From positions 1 through 37,933 of the IMG/VR virus record IMGVR_UViG_3300045988_053041: 37,933 bases of DNA. The stretch is one strand, 5' to 3'. Position numbers and translations under genes: made by a program. Of this stretch, positions 14,599 to 21,286 are shown piece by piece. The notes under the pieces are model-generated. The model was not told the origin of the DNA. It ran no database searches and worked only from the letters and a program-made list of their open reading frames with translations. This stretch comes from a virus. Within the stretch, counting starts at the first letter, position 1. Each line of letters begins with the position of its first letter.

Positions 14599-15395
14599 CA
14601 CCAAAGCCCCCCCCTCAGAATCTCGTCCATGGTCACGGGCGGCTGGATGTACTCCTGCACGAATGCCCGGTAATCATATCCGGCTGCCGAGTACGGCGAG
14701 TAGACCGTGATCGGCTTGCGCTCGAAGGTCATTTCGTCAATTTTGTCGGTGCGGCGGATATGCTGCTCGAAGACCGGCAGGATGCCGCACTCCCGGAGGC
14801 TGCCCTCCGCCTCAAGTACGACCGGCGTATTGCGCCACATGGTGATAAGCGCCCCGGCGATCTTGAGGCTCGGGTTGATCTTGTGCATGTTGTCGATCTG
14901 GCGCGAGACATTGGCCAAACCGCGCAGGCTGAACGCGTCGAGCTTGATGGGGATAATGACCTCGTCGGAGGCCAGAAGCGCCGCGGCGCTGGCGGCGTTG
15001 AATGCCGGCGGGCAGTCGAAAATAACGTAGTCATACGCATCGTCCTCGCGGATGGCGTTGCAGAAGCCTTTGAGGCAGCTGCCGTTCACGCGATCTCCGA
15101 TGGACGATAGATCTAAGTCCATCAGCGCATCGGACGCCGGGAGCATGTCCACGCCGTAGACCGTCTCAGAGATATTGTCGGCGTAATATGACTCGCATGT
15201 TCCAAGCATTACGTCTGCCACGCCGTAGAGCCCCGGCTCGGTGAGCCCGTAGAACTCCGTCGCGTTGCACTGGCTGTCGCAGTCGGCGAGCAGCACGCGC
15301 TTTTTGTGATCAGCGGCCAGAATATAGGCCATATTCACGGCGGTCACGGTCTTCCCGACGCCGCCTTTGAGATTCAAAATCGAAATTGCCTTCAT
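14598..15395 (-). CDS. parA: ParA/Soj-type partition ATPase
   Basis: MKAISILNLKGGVGKTVTAVN... shows the deviant Walker A motif. ATG 15395 lies 8 nt after AAGGAG. This is the inner part of track ORF 14598..15527. Confidence 0.88.
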   Translation of the reverse strand: MKAISILNLKGGVGKTVTAVNMAYILAADHKKRVLLADCDSQCNATEFYGLTEPGLYGVADVMLGTCESYYADNISETVYGVDMLPASDALMDLDLSSIGDRVNGSCLKGFCNAIREDDAYDYVIFDCPPAFNAASAAALLASDEVIIPIKLDAFSLRGLANVSRQIDNMHKINPSLKIAGALITMWRNTPVVLEAEGSLRECGILPVFEQHIRRTDKIDEMTFERKPITVYSPYSAAGYDYRAFVQEYIQPPVTMDEILRGGLW

Positions 15396-15408
15396 GGTGT
15401 TTTCTCCT

Positions 15409-16731
15409 TCAGTCCGGCAGCTTGAACTGCTCGGGCACATCGTCGTTACATGGCTTCCAGCGCTTGTCCGGCTCCGGGCGCGGCGCCTGGGAAGCTGATT
15501 TTTTGAATGTCTGCGTCTGGCCGTCAAAGGCCAGCATCAGCGCGATATTTGCCTCGCCCTCTTTGTTCTTTGCGATGTTGAGGATGCGGCGGCTCCGGCT
15601 GTTGTCCGGCTCTTCGCGATAGAGCAGCATGACCACGTCCGCGTCCTGCTCGATCTGGCCGGAGGAGCGGAGCGAGGCCAGCGTCGGGGGCGGGATCTTG
15701 CCGCCCTTGGTCTTCTCGGGGCGCGAGAGCTGCGAGAGCGCGATGACGGGCGTGCCGGTCTGCCTGCCGAACTGCTGCAAGTCGCTCGAAATTTTCGAGA
15801 CGACCTGAAACTGGTCGGCTGCGCCGCGGCCTGTAATATCGCTCTTGATCTTTTGCAGGTAGTCGATGAAGATCACGTCGTAGCGCTTGGACAGGCTGTG
15901 CGCCCGGATGTCCTGGACGGTCATGCCGCTGGCCTCGACGAGCTCCAGCTTTAGCCCACCCAGCCGCTCGGAGAGCACTGCGACGGTTTCCCAGTCGGTC
16001 GCGTTCATGGCGTTGAGTTTCAGCTTCGGCAGGCCAATTTGTGCGGTCATGGCGATGATGCGGTCGAAGAGCTTGTCGCAGTCGGTCTCGTAGCTGTAAA
16101 AGCCGACGCGCATCGTCTTGGCCATCCGCACGGCGAGCGTCAGAGCGAGGCTCGTCTTGCCGTCCGACGGGTAGCCGCCGAGGACGACCATATCGCCCCG
16201 GGAGGCATAGACGTTTTCGTTGATATCCTCCATGCCAAAGTCCAGATAGACGGGCTTTGCGTCCGGGTCGTGCCGCTGATAAAACTGCGTCAGTGCGGCG
16301 GACATGTCCACCACGCGCAGCCCCGGCCGCTCGACCAGCTGGGCGTTTGCCTCATTGACCAGCCCGCGCAGATCGTCCTCGTCGTCCGTGTCCTGCATCC
16401 GCTGGGCAATACCTTGCAGACGGCTGACTCTGGCCTGCTGCTTTAAAAGCTGCATGTAGCTCTTGACGTTGGCCGCCGTCGGCGTGACCTGGATCAGCTC
16501 CATGAGAAGCTTGTCATACTTGCCGCCGAGCCGCGCGTTGATCGTCACCGCGTCGCAGGGCTCGCCGCTCGAAAACTGCGCCCGGAAGGCGAGGAACACT
16601 TGCCGGTAAGCGCCGGTCGTGAAGTCATCCGGGACGATCTCCTGAAGCACAAGGCCGACGGTTTTCTCGTCAATGAGCATCGCGCCGAGGACGGCCTGCT
16701 GGGCTTCCAACAGCTTTTTTTCGTCCGTCAC
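15409..16731 (-). CDS. dnaB: Replicative DNA helicase (DnaB family)
   Basis: 440 aa with a DnaB N-domain (…QQAVLGAMLIDE…) and a RecA-like core (…VLGGYPSDGKTSLAL…). GTG start overlaps the upstream TGA. Confidence 0.9.
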   Translation of the reverse strand: MTDEKKLLEAQQAVLGAMLIDEKTVGLVLQEIVPDDFTTGAYRQVFLAFRAQFSSGEPCDAVTINARLGGKYDKLLMELIQVTPTAANVKSYMQLLKQQARVSRLQGIAQRMQDTDDEDDLRGLVNEANAQLVERPGLRVVDMSAALTQFYQRHDPDAKPVYLDFGMEDINENVYASRGDMVVLGGYPSDGKTSLALTLAVRMAKTMRVGFYSYETDCDKLFDRIIAMTAQIGLPKLKLNAMNATDWETVAVLSERLGGLKLELVEASGMTVQDIRAHSLSKRYDVIFIDYLQKIKSDITGRGAADQFQVVSKISSDLQQFGRQTGTPVIALSQLSRPEKTKGGKIPPPTLASLRSSGQIEQDADVVMLLYREEPDNSRSRRILNIAKNKEGEANIALMLAFDGQTQTFKKSASQAPRPEPDKRWKPCNDDVPEQFKLPD

Positions 16732-17480
16732 AGGAACCTCACACCTCCCGTATCAACCTCGCGCTTCTGCGCCTTCGGCAGCTCGTCGTCCTTCAGCGGG
16801 AAGACGCTCAGCCACTGCCGCTCCGTTGCGAGGTCAAGCAGCGCGGCCATGTTTGCCGAGTCACCGTCGGACAGGCTCATGAGCTTGTTCCAAAGCAGCG
16901 TGGCAGCCTGCTTGGACTTGACCGGCTTTTTGATCTCGACCCGCATTTTCAAGAACCGCCCCATCGCCTCGGTGGCAGACGGACCGTAAAGCGCGCACTT
17001 GGCAAGGAGGGAGGCGGCGACGTCGCCAGACGGCGCACTTTCTTTTTCCTTTTTCTTTTTATTATCTTTTTTATATCCATCCTTATATAACGACCGGGAA
17101 GTTTGTCCCGGTACCCCGGGATTTTTGTCCCGGTACGTACCGGGACGTTCGTCCCGGTACCCCTCATCCTCGTCGAGGATGACCGGCGCGGCGACCACGG
17201 GGGAAATGTAGCGGATGGAGCCGCCCGTCTTGCGGTTCGGCACGACCCGGACTTGGATGTGTCCGTCATGCTGCAAGGCCGCGAGCCAGCGCCGGATCAC
17301 GTCCTCCGAGCAGTGCATGGCGGCGGCCAGCTGGGCGTTACTCGGCCAGCAATAGCCCTCGCGCCGCATGAGAGACGAGAGCACGCCGTACAAAATCTTT
17401 GCATTGGCTTGCAGCTGCATATCGTCTAAGACGGTTGCGGGGATCACGGACCAAAACGCCCGAAAATCTTGATTTTCCAA
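16728..17480 (-). CDS. Replisome organiser / replication initiator (winged-HTH N-domain, DnaD-like C-terminal region)
   Basis: ...IPATVLDDMQLQANAKILYGVLSSLMRREGYCWPSNAQLAAAMHCSEDVIRRWL... Start placed at TTG 17480, 5 nt after GGAGGTG. The gene contains the iteron/AT-rich block. Confidence 0.75.
   Translation of the reverse strand: MENQDFRAFWSVIPATVLDDMQLQANAKILYGVLSSLMRREGYCWPSNAQLAAAMHCSEDVIRRWLAALQHDGHIQVRVVPNRKTGGSIRYISPVVAAPVILDEDEGYRDERPGTYRDKNPGVPGQTSRSLYKDGYKKDNKKKKEKESAPSGDVAASLLAKCALYGPSATEAMGRFLKMRVEIKKPVKSKQAATLLWNKLMSLSDGDSANMAALLDLATERQWLSVFPLKDDELPKAQKREVDTGGVRFL
17041..17165. promoter_or_regulatory. Candidate replication origin: AT-rich tract plus GTCCCGGTAC iterons inside the organiser gene
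   Basis: AT-rich tract at 17041-17090. GTCCCGGTAC occurs at 17105-17114, 17127-17136 and 17151-17160. An inverted copy GTACCGGGAC at 17137-17146 forms a 20-bp palindrome with the second repeat. Confidence 0.65.
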
Positions 17481-17499
17481 AAAATCACCTCCCCCACAC

Positions 17500-17528
17500 T
17501 TGCAATTGGCAGCAAACCGTGATAAACT
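17500..17528 (+). promoter_or_regulatory. Candidate plus-strand promoter (TTGCAA-17 nt-TAAACT)
   Basis: -35 TTGCAA at 17500-17505 and -10 TAAACT at 17523-17528, with a 17-nt spacer. Confidence 0.35.
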
Positions 17529-17534
17529 AAAGAT

Positions 17535-17600
17535 GCCTTCATGGTGTTGCAAAACACCGTTCCCGTGCAGTCGTTCGCAGCGGCTGTGCGGGATTTTTTT
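17535..17600 (+). ncRNA. Candidate ~65-nt antisense small RNA
   Basis: Downstream of the candidate promoter lies hairpin GGTGTT-GCAA-AACACC (17543-17558). It is followed by CCCGTGCAG-(13 nt)-CTGTGCGGG plus ATTTTTTT (17562-17600), a plus-strand terminator in a region with no plus-strand gene. Confidence 0.35.
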
Positions 17601-17624
17601 ACGCTCTTTCCCATCGTCCGCACC

Positions 17625-17726
17625 TCAGATCATGCTGTAATTCGCGGCAAGCCACGGGAAGGCCACGAAGGCGACGACAATCGAGCTCCACATGAGCTTC
17701 TCGGCCAGTTTGTAAAATTTGCGCAT
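17625..17726 (-). CDS. 33-aa hydrophobic peptide (MRKFYKLAEKLMWSSIVVAFVAFPWLAANYSMI)
   Basis: Too short for the ORF track. ATG 17726 lies 6 nt after GGAGGA and overlaps the upstream TAA context. It has a basic N-terminus, one TM-like stretch and a short polar tail. Confidence 0.5.
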   Translation of the reverse strand: MRKFYKLAEKLMWSSIVVAFVAFPWLAANYSMI

Positions 17727-17728
17727 AG

Positions 17729-18163
17729 TTATCCTCCTTTGTTGTAAGCGACGGCCAGCGCGCTTTGGACGATCTCGTCGAGCTTGGAGACGATCCGGTC
17801 GAACTCCGGCCGCTCCGTGTCGTCGATCACGCCGTCTTTTGCAATCGTAATCAGGCGACGGTCTTCGCGCGCGTCGGCAAAGTCATAAATTTGGTCAATG
17901 AGCCGCAAGACGGCCTCCGGCAGATCGCACTCCCGCACATCGGGAATGAGCCGCTGGGCGATCTCGCTCGTCTGGCGCAGGTGCTGGTAGCACAGATACT
18001 GCGCGTCGTAAATTTCCGCCATCCGCACAACCGTCTCCGACGGCGGGATGCGTACGCCGCTCTCATAATCGGCGAGGCTCCGCACCGAGCACGGAATCGC
18101 GTCGGCTGCGCGCTCCTGCGTGATGCCCTTGGCAATGCGGGCGGCTCCGTAGATATTTGGCAT
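17729..18163 (-). CDS. XRE-family HTH protein with a ~80-aa C-terminal domain
   Basis: ATG 18163 after GGAGG (MPNIYGAARIAKGITQERAADAIPCSVRSLADYESG...). Inner part of track ORF 17729..18376. Confidence 0.75.
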   Translation of the reverse strand: MPNIYGAARIAKGITQERAADAIPCSVRSLADYESGVRIPPSETVVRMAEIYDAQYLCYQHLRQTSEIAQRLIPDVRECDLPEAVLRLIDQIYDFADAREDRRLITIAKDGVIDDTERPEFDRIVSKLDEIVQSALAVAYNKGG

Positions 18164-18246
18164 GTGTCCTCCAATCCGGCAGCAAGTCTGCAAGCCGCCT
18201 TTGCCCTTCGGCAGGTATTTCGCGTGGGAATGCTGGGTAAACTTTG

Positions 18247-18459
18247 CTATGATTTTCGCGTCAGCCAGCGAGCCAGCTCCGTCAGCGGCACGGCGTACTT
18301 GTTGCCGACCTTCCGCGCGGGGAACTCCCGGTCGGCCAAAAGCGTCCGCCGGTCGAGCCCGAGCGCCGCCTGGCACTCCGTGACCGTGATCGCCGCCCGC
18401 GCCGGAAACATGTCCGTCAAAAGCTCCAGCTGCGGCCTGTAGCCTTCCGTCTCACGCAT
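18247..18459 (-). CDS. Excisionase-like / MerR-type small HTH protein
   Basis: 70 aa, ...ITVTECQAALGLDRRTLLADREFPARKVGNKYAVPLTELARWL.... AGGAGG-7nt-ATG. Its position in the early lysogeny-switch operon fits. Confidence 0.6.
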   Translation of the reverse strand: MRETEGYRPQLELLTDMFPARAAITVTECQAALGLDRRTLLADREFPARKVGNKYAVPLTELARWLTRKS

Positions 18460-18474
18460 GTTGCTTCCTCCTTT

Positions 18475-18678
18475 CTAAATCGATTCTTCCGGCGGCTGGT
18501 AGAGCTCGTCGATCGTGCAGTGCAGCGCCGCCGCCAGCTCCGGCAGCTGCGCCGCCCGCGGCATTTTCTCGCCGGACTCCCACGCCGAAATCGCAGATTG
18601 AACGGTTCCAAGAGCGGTTGCAAGCTCCGTTTGCGTAAGCCCAGCCTCTAAACGTTTTTTCTTCAACCCGTTCGTCAT
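18475..18678 (-). CDS. Cro-like XRE-family HTH regulator
   Basis: ATG 18678 after GGAGGTG (MTNGLKKKRLEAGLTQTELATALGTVQSAISAWESG...). It is the first gene of the minus-strand early operon and is divergent from the CI-like gene. Confidence 0.8.
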   Translation of the reverse strand: MTNGLKKKRLEAGLTQTELATALGTVQSAISAWESGEKMPRAAQLPELAAALHCTIDELYQPPEESI

Positions 18679-18706
18679 GAACACCTCCCTTAAAATATCT
18701 TGTATG

Positions 18707-18719
18707 GTGATATTATCAC
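18707..18719. promoter_or_regulatory. Candidate operator palindrome GTGATATTATCAC overlapping the early -10
   Basis: Perfect 6+1+6 inverted repeat. A related ATTATC-N9-GATAAT lies at 18776-18797 over the divergent promoter. Confidence 0.55.
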
Positions 18720-18738
18720 GTGATGCATTATTTGTCAA
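18710..18738 (-). promoter_or_regulatory. Early (PR-like) promoter TTGACA-17 nt-TAATAT
   Basis: Minus strand: -35 TTGACA (18738-18733) and -10 TAATAT (18715-18710), with a 17-nt spacer. Confidence 0.7.
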
Positions 18739-18768
18739 TCCTAATTTAAGATATTTTTCAAAAAATGA

Positions 18769-18797
18769 TTTACTTTATTATCTCCGTGGGGGATAAT
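18769..18797 (+). promoter_or_regulatory. Candidate repressor-side promoter TTTACT-17 nt-GATAAT
   Basis: -35 at 18769-18774 and -10 at 18792-18797, just upstream of the CI-like gene. Confidence 0.5.
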
Positions 18798-18814
18798 GTT
18801 AGCAGGTGATAGCT

Positions 18815-19126
18815 ATGCGACTGCGGGAATTACGCAAAGAGGCCAAGTTAACACAGGCACAATTCGCAAAAGAAATTGGCTATGCGCAAAACACCGTATC
18901 GCAATGGGAAACCGGTGCGAATGGCATAGACGATGAAATACTTCGCAAACTTGCGGCATATTTCGGCGTAAGCGTCGATTATCTGCTCGGGCTTTCGGAC
19001 GAAAAGAAGAGCCCCGCCGAAAATCTCAGCGAGGCAAAACGGGAAATGATTGAATTGGTCGATCAGCTTTCAGACGAGCAGGTCAGCAAGCTCCTTCAGA
19101 TAGCAAAAGCTGCGCTTGCTCTATAA
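18815..19126 (+). CDS. CI-like XRE-family repressor
   Basis: MRLRELRKEAKLTQAQFAKEIGYAQNTVSQWETG...VDYLLGLSDE.... It is divergent from the Cro-like gene. ATG 18815 follows AGGTGA. Confidence 0.85.
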   Translation: MRLRELRKEAKLTQAQFAKEIGYAQNTVSQWETGANGIDDEILRKLAAYFGVSVDYLLGLSDEKKSPAENLSEAKREMIELVDQLSDEQVSKLLQIAKAALAL

Positions 19127-19298
19127 ACCATTGGAACTGCTCGTCGGTCATAGCCGCGATTGCCTGTTTTAACTCTTCTCTTTCGTTGTCCATCCCGGCG
19201 ACACCCTTTCATTTTAGTTGTTATCTAATTTTACAGTATTTTCTAGTGAAGCGCAATGCAACACTTTTCGCAAAACAAAAAGAAGCGAGGAGATCACG

Positions 19299-19649
19299 AT
19301 GTATTGTTCAAAATGTGGCGCACAAATTGACGATGAAGCTATCGTCTGTCCGAAGTGCGGCTGTCCGACGAAGAATTACAATCAGGCGCAAACTCAGCCC
19401 CAGCAGGTGACACAGTACGTCGTCCGTGACGACGCGAGCCCGAAGAGTCGGACGGTTGCGCTTGTGCTGGCGATTTTTCTCGGAGGCCTCGGTGTGCATC
19501 GCTTTTATCTTGGCAAGATCGGCACAGGTATTCTGTGGCTGTTTACGGCCGGGTGCTTCGGCATTGGATGGATTATTGACATTATCTTAATTGCCTGCGG
19601 TTCCATGCGCGACGCTTACGGTGCGCCCGTGCTTTACTGGGACGAGTAA
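19299..19649 (+). CDS. Zinc-ribbon + TM2-domain membrane protein
   Basis: MYCSKCGAQIDDEAIVCPKCG... followed by ...LAIFLGGLGVHRFYLGKIGTGILWLFT..., the TM2 pattern. GAGGAG SD. Confidence 0.8.
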   Translation: MYCSKCGAQIDDEAIVCPKCGCPTKNYNQAQTQPQQVTQYVVRDDASPKSRTVALVLAIFLGGLGVHRFYLGKIGTGILWLFTAGCFGIGWIIDIILIACGSMRDAYGAPVLYWDE

Positions 19650-19661
19650 GGAGAGAGCAAT

Positions 19662-20021
19662 ATGTATTGCACAAAGTGCGGCGAATGCATCCCTGATGAT
19701 GCGATTGCCTGCCCACAGTGCGGATGCGCAACGAAAAACTATCGCCCGGAGCCGCATTACCAGCGAAGCACGCCGCGGCGCGGGGCAAGGCAGGAAGACC
19801 GAAGACGGAGCGCTGACACGGGGAAAATCGTCGTTGGCGTGTTTCTGATGCTGATCGGGGCGAGTTGGTTCTGTACCGGGATTGTATCCGGGAGGGTCTG
19901 GGCGCTTGCCGCCGGCCTTGTTATGCTGCTTGTCGCGTCTTCCCTCATTGCGTGGGGCGCAGTCAACCGGAAAGAGGCCGCAGCGAAGCAACCCGATACA
20001 GAAGAATTCACGAGGGAGTGA
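19662..20021 (+). CDS. Zinc-ribbon membrane protein
   Basis: MYCTKCGECIPDDAIACPQCG... plus two hydrophobic helices. Its N-terminal ribbon is paralogous to that of the preceding gene. Confidence 0.75.
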   Translation: MYCTKCGECIPDDAIACPQCGCATKNYRPEPHYQRSTPRRGARQEDRRRSADTGKIVVGVFLMLIGASWFCTGIVSGRVWALAAGLVMLLVASSLIAWGAVNRKEAAAKQPDTEEFTRE

Positions 20022-20026
20022 TTTCT

Positions 20027-20611
20027 ATGGCTACACAAAGGCGCATCCGGCGGCTTGTGGTCGGCGCGCTCTTCCTTTGCCTGACCATTTGCACGCTGGT
20101 TGTCAAACAGTACATCTTTGCGTTGCTGCTCGGCTCGGTGACGTACTGGCTGATTCTAAGCGGCATCTTCGAGGCGTTCTCGGACGAGCCGGACCCGGAG
20201 ACAGGCCGCCCTGCCATGTCAAAAGCATGGGTGCTTGCGGGGCTGGCTTTTTTTATCGCCATTGCCGGGCTATTCGCCTGGCTGAGCCCAGTGCGTGGCC
20301 AGACGCACAAAACCGCCGAGGATATCCAGCTGAAGGTCGACCGCTCTGGAGACCCGGACGCAGGACTGCATCAGCAATACGTATCGGAGCTGGTCACGCC
20401 CGATGATGAGGCGGAGGCTAAGACGGACGAGCTTCAGCAGCCCGTCGACCGCTCCCGCGAGTACGTGCTCAACACGAACACAAACGTTTTTCACCTGCCC
20501 GAGTGCAGTTATGTAGGATCCATATTGGATGAAAACAAAGAAGTATACACTGGCACGCGCGACTCCGTGGCTGACATGGGGTATGAACCTTGCGGGCATT
20601 GTAATCCTTAG
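20027..20611 (+). CDS. Membrane protein with C-terminal Ada-like Cys/His metal-binding motif
   Basis: ATG 20027 after GAGGGAG. It has 3-4 TM segments and a C-terminus ...VFHLPECSYV...GYEPCGHCNP. Confidence 0.7.
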   Translation: MATQRRIRRLVVGALFLCLTICTLVVKQYIFALLLGSVTYWLILSGIFEAFSDEPDPETGRPAMSKAWVLAGLAFFIAIAGLFAWLSPVRGQTHKTAEDIQLKVDRSGDPDAGLHQQYVSELVTPDDEAEAKTDELQQPVDRSREYVLNTNTNVFHLPECSYVGSILDENKEVYTGTRDSVADMGYEPCGHCNP

Positions 20612-20620
20612 TTTTGTTCG

Positions 20621-20657
20621 CCCCGCCGTCGTGCCACTGACGGCGGGGCTTTTGGTT
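20621..20657 (+). terminator. Rho-independent terminator
   Basis: CCCCGCCGTC-gtgccact-GACGGCGGGG followed by CTTTTGGTTTG. Confidence 0.85.
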
Positions 20658-20782
20658 TGCTGCAAGCAGTGTGGGAGCCGCCTGTGAGTATAGCTTACAA
20701 CGCGGCAAGCGGGAATGTCGAGAAAGCATCATTGTAAATTGTACCCAGAATCGCATTATTTAGGAAAGGAATCTTGCTGAGA

Positions 20783-21256
20783 ATGTCGGAATTATACGAA
20801 ATCTGTCGAGAAAAAAAGGAAAACACGGCGCCGCGTATCACAAACCAGGATCTTGCCGAAGCAATCGGCAAATCAACAACCACTGTTGCGCAGTTCCTGC
20901 GCGGAGATGCCCCAAACGCGTCCTACGACACAGTGCTTGCGCTGTGCCGTGAGCTTGGGGTGTCAGTAGACGAATACAATGGACTGCCGCATGAGGTTCC
21001 GGACCCGAACCCCGCGCTGCTGGAGCGGATACACAGTCTGGAGTCAGAGCGCAAGGCATTGGCCGATGCGTTAGAACGGATGAATGAGCATCTGGTGACT
21101 TGCAAGAAATCGCTGAAAATGCACCGTTTCGTAACAACTGTCCTGCTGTCCATGTTTTGCCTTGTGCTTCTCGCGATCATCATCGACCTGCTGGACCCGA
21201 ATGTCGGCTGGATTCGCCGCGTGTCCCATATCGGCATGCAGTGGCTGAATCTGTAA
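20783..21256 (+). CDS. Membrane-anchored XRE-type HTH protein (HTH, coiled coil, C-terminal TM)
   Basis: ...ITNQDLAEAIGKSTTTVAQFLRG... followed by ...FVTTVLLSMFCLVLLAIIIDLL.... The start is ATG 20783 or TTG 20774. Confidence 0.7.
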   Translation: MSELYEICREKKENTAPRITNQDLAEAIGKSTTTVAQFLRGDAPNASYDTVLALCRELGVSVDEYNGLPHEVPDPNPALLERIHSLESERKALADALERMNEHLVTCKKSLKMHRFVTTVLLSMFCLVLLAIIIDLLDPNVGWIRRVSHIGMQWLNL

Positions 21257-21258
21257 CG

Positions 21259-21275
21259 GTGTCCAAGTCTGACAC
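21259..21275 (+). repeat. 17-bp element copy 6 (GTGTCCAAGTCTGACAC), intergenic and abutting the integrase SD
   Basis: TAAcgGTGTCCAAGTCTGACACGGGAGGtttgtATG. Confidence 0.95.
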
Positions 21276-21286
21276 GGGAGGTTTGT

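Noticed and set aside
18181-18200. CAAGTCTG (the central core of the 17-bp element) inside ccggcagCAAGTCTGcaagccg, upstream of gene 17729..18163.
   Set aside because: It lacks the GTGTC/GACAC arms, and an 8-mer match is expected by chance. I do not count it as a ninth copy.
19083-19193. 36-aa minus-strand micro-ORF (MDNEREELKQAIAAMTDEQFQWFIEQAQLLLSEGAC) overlapping the 3' end of the CI-like gene.
   Set aside because: It has only a weak SD-like sequence and no supporting promoter or terminator. Its helical, repressor-tail-like look can be explained by being antisense to the amphipathic C-terminal helix of the CI-like protein. The evidence is insufficient.
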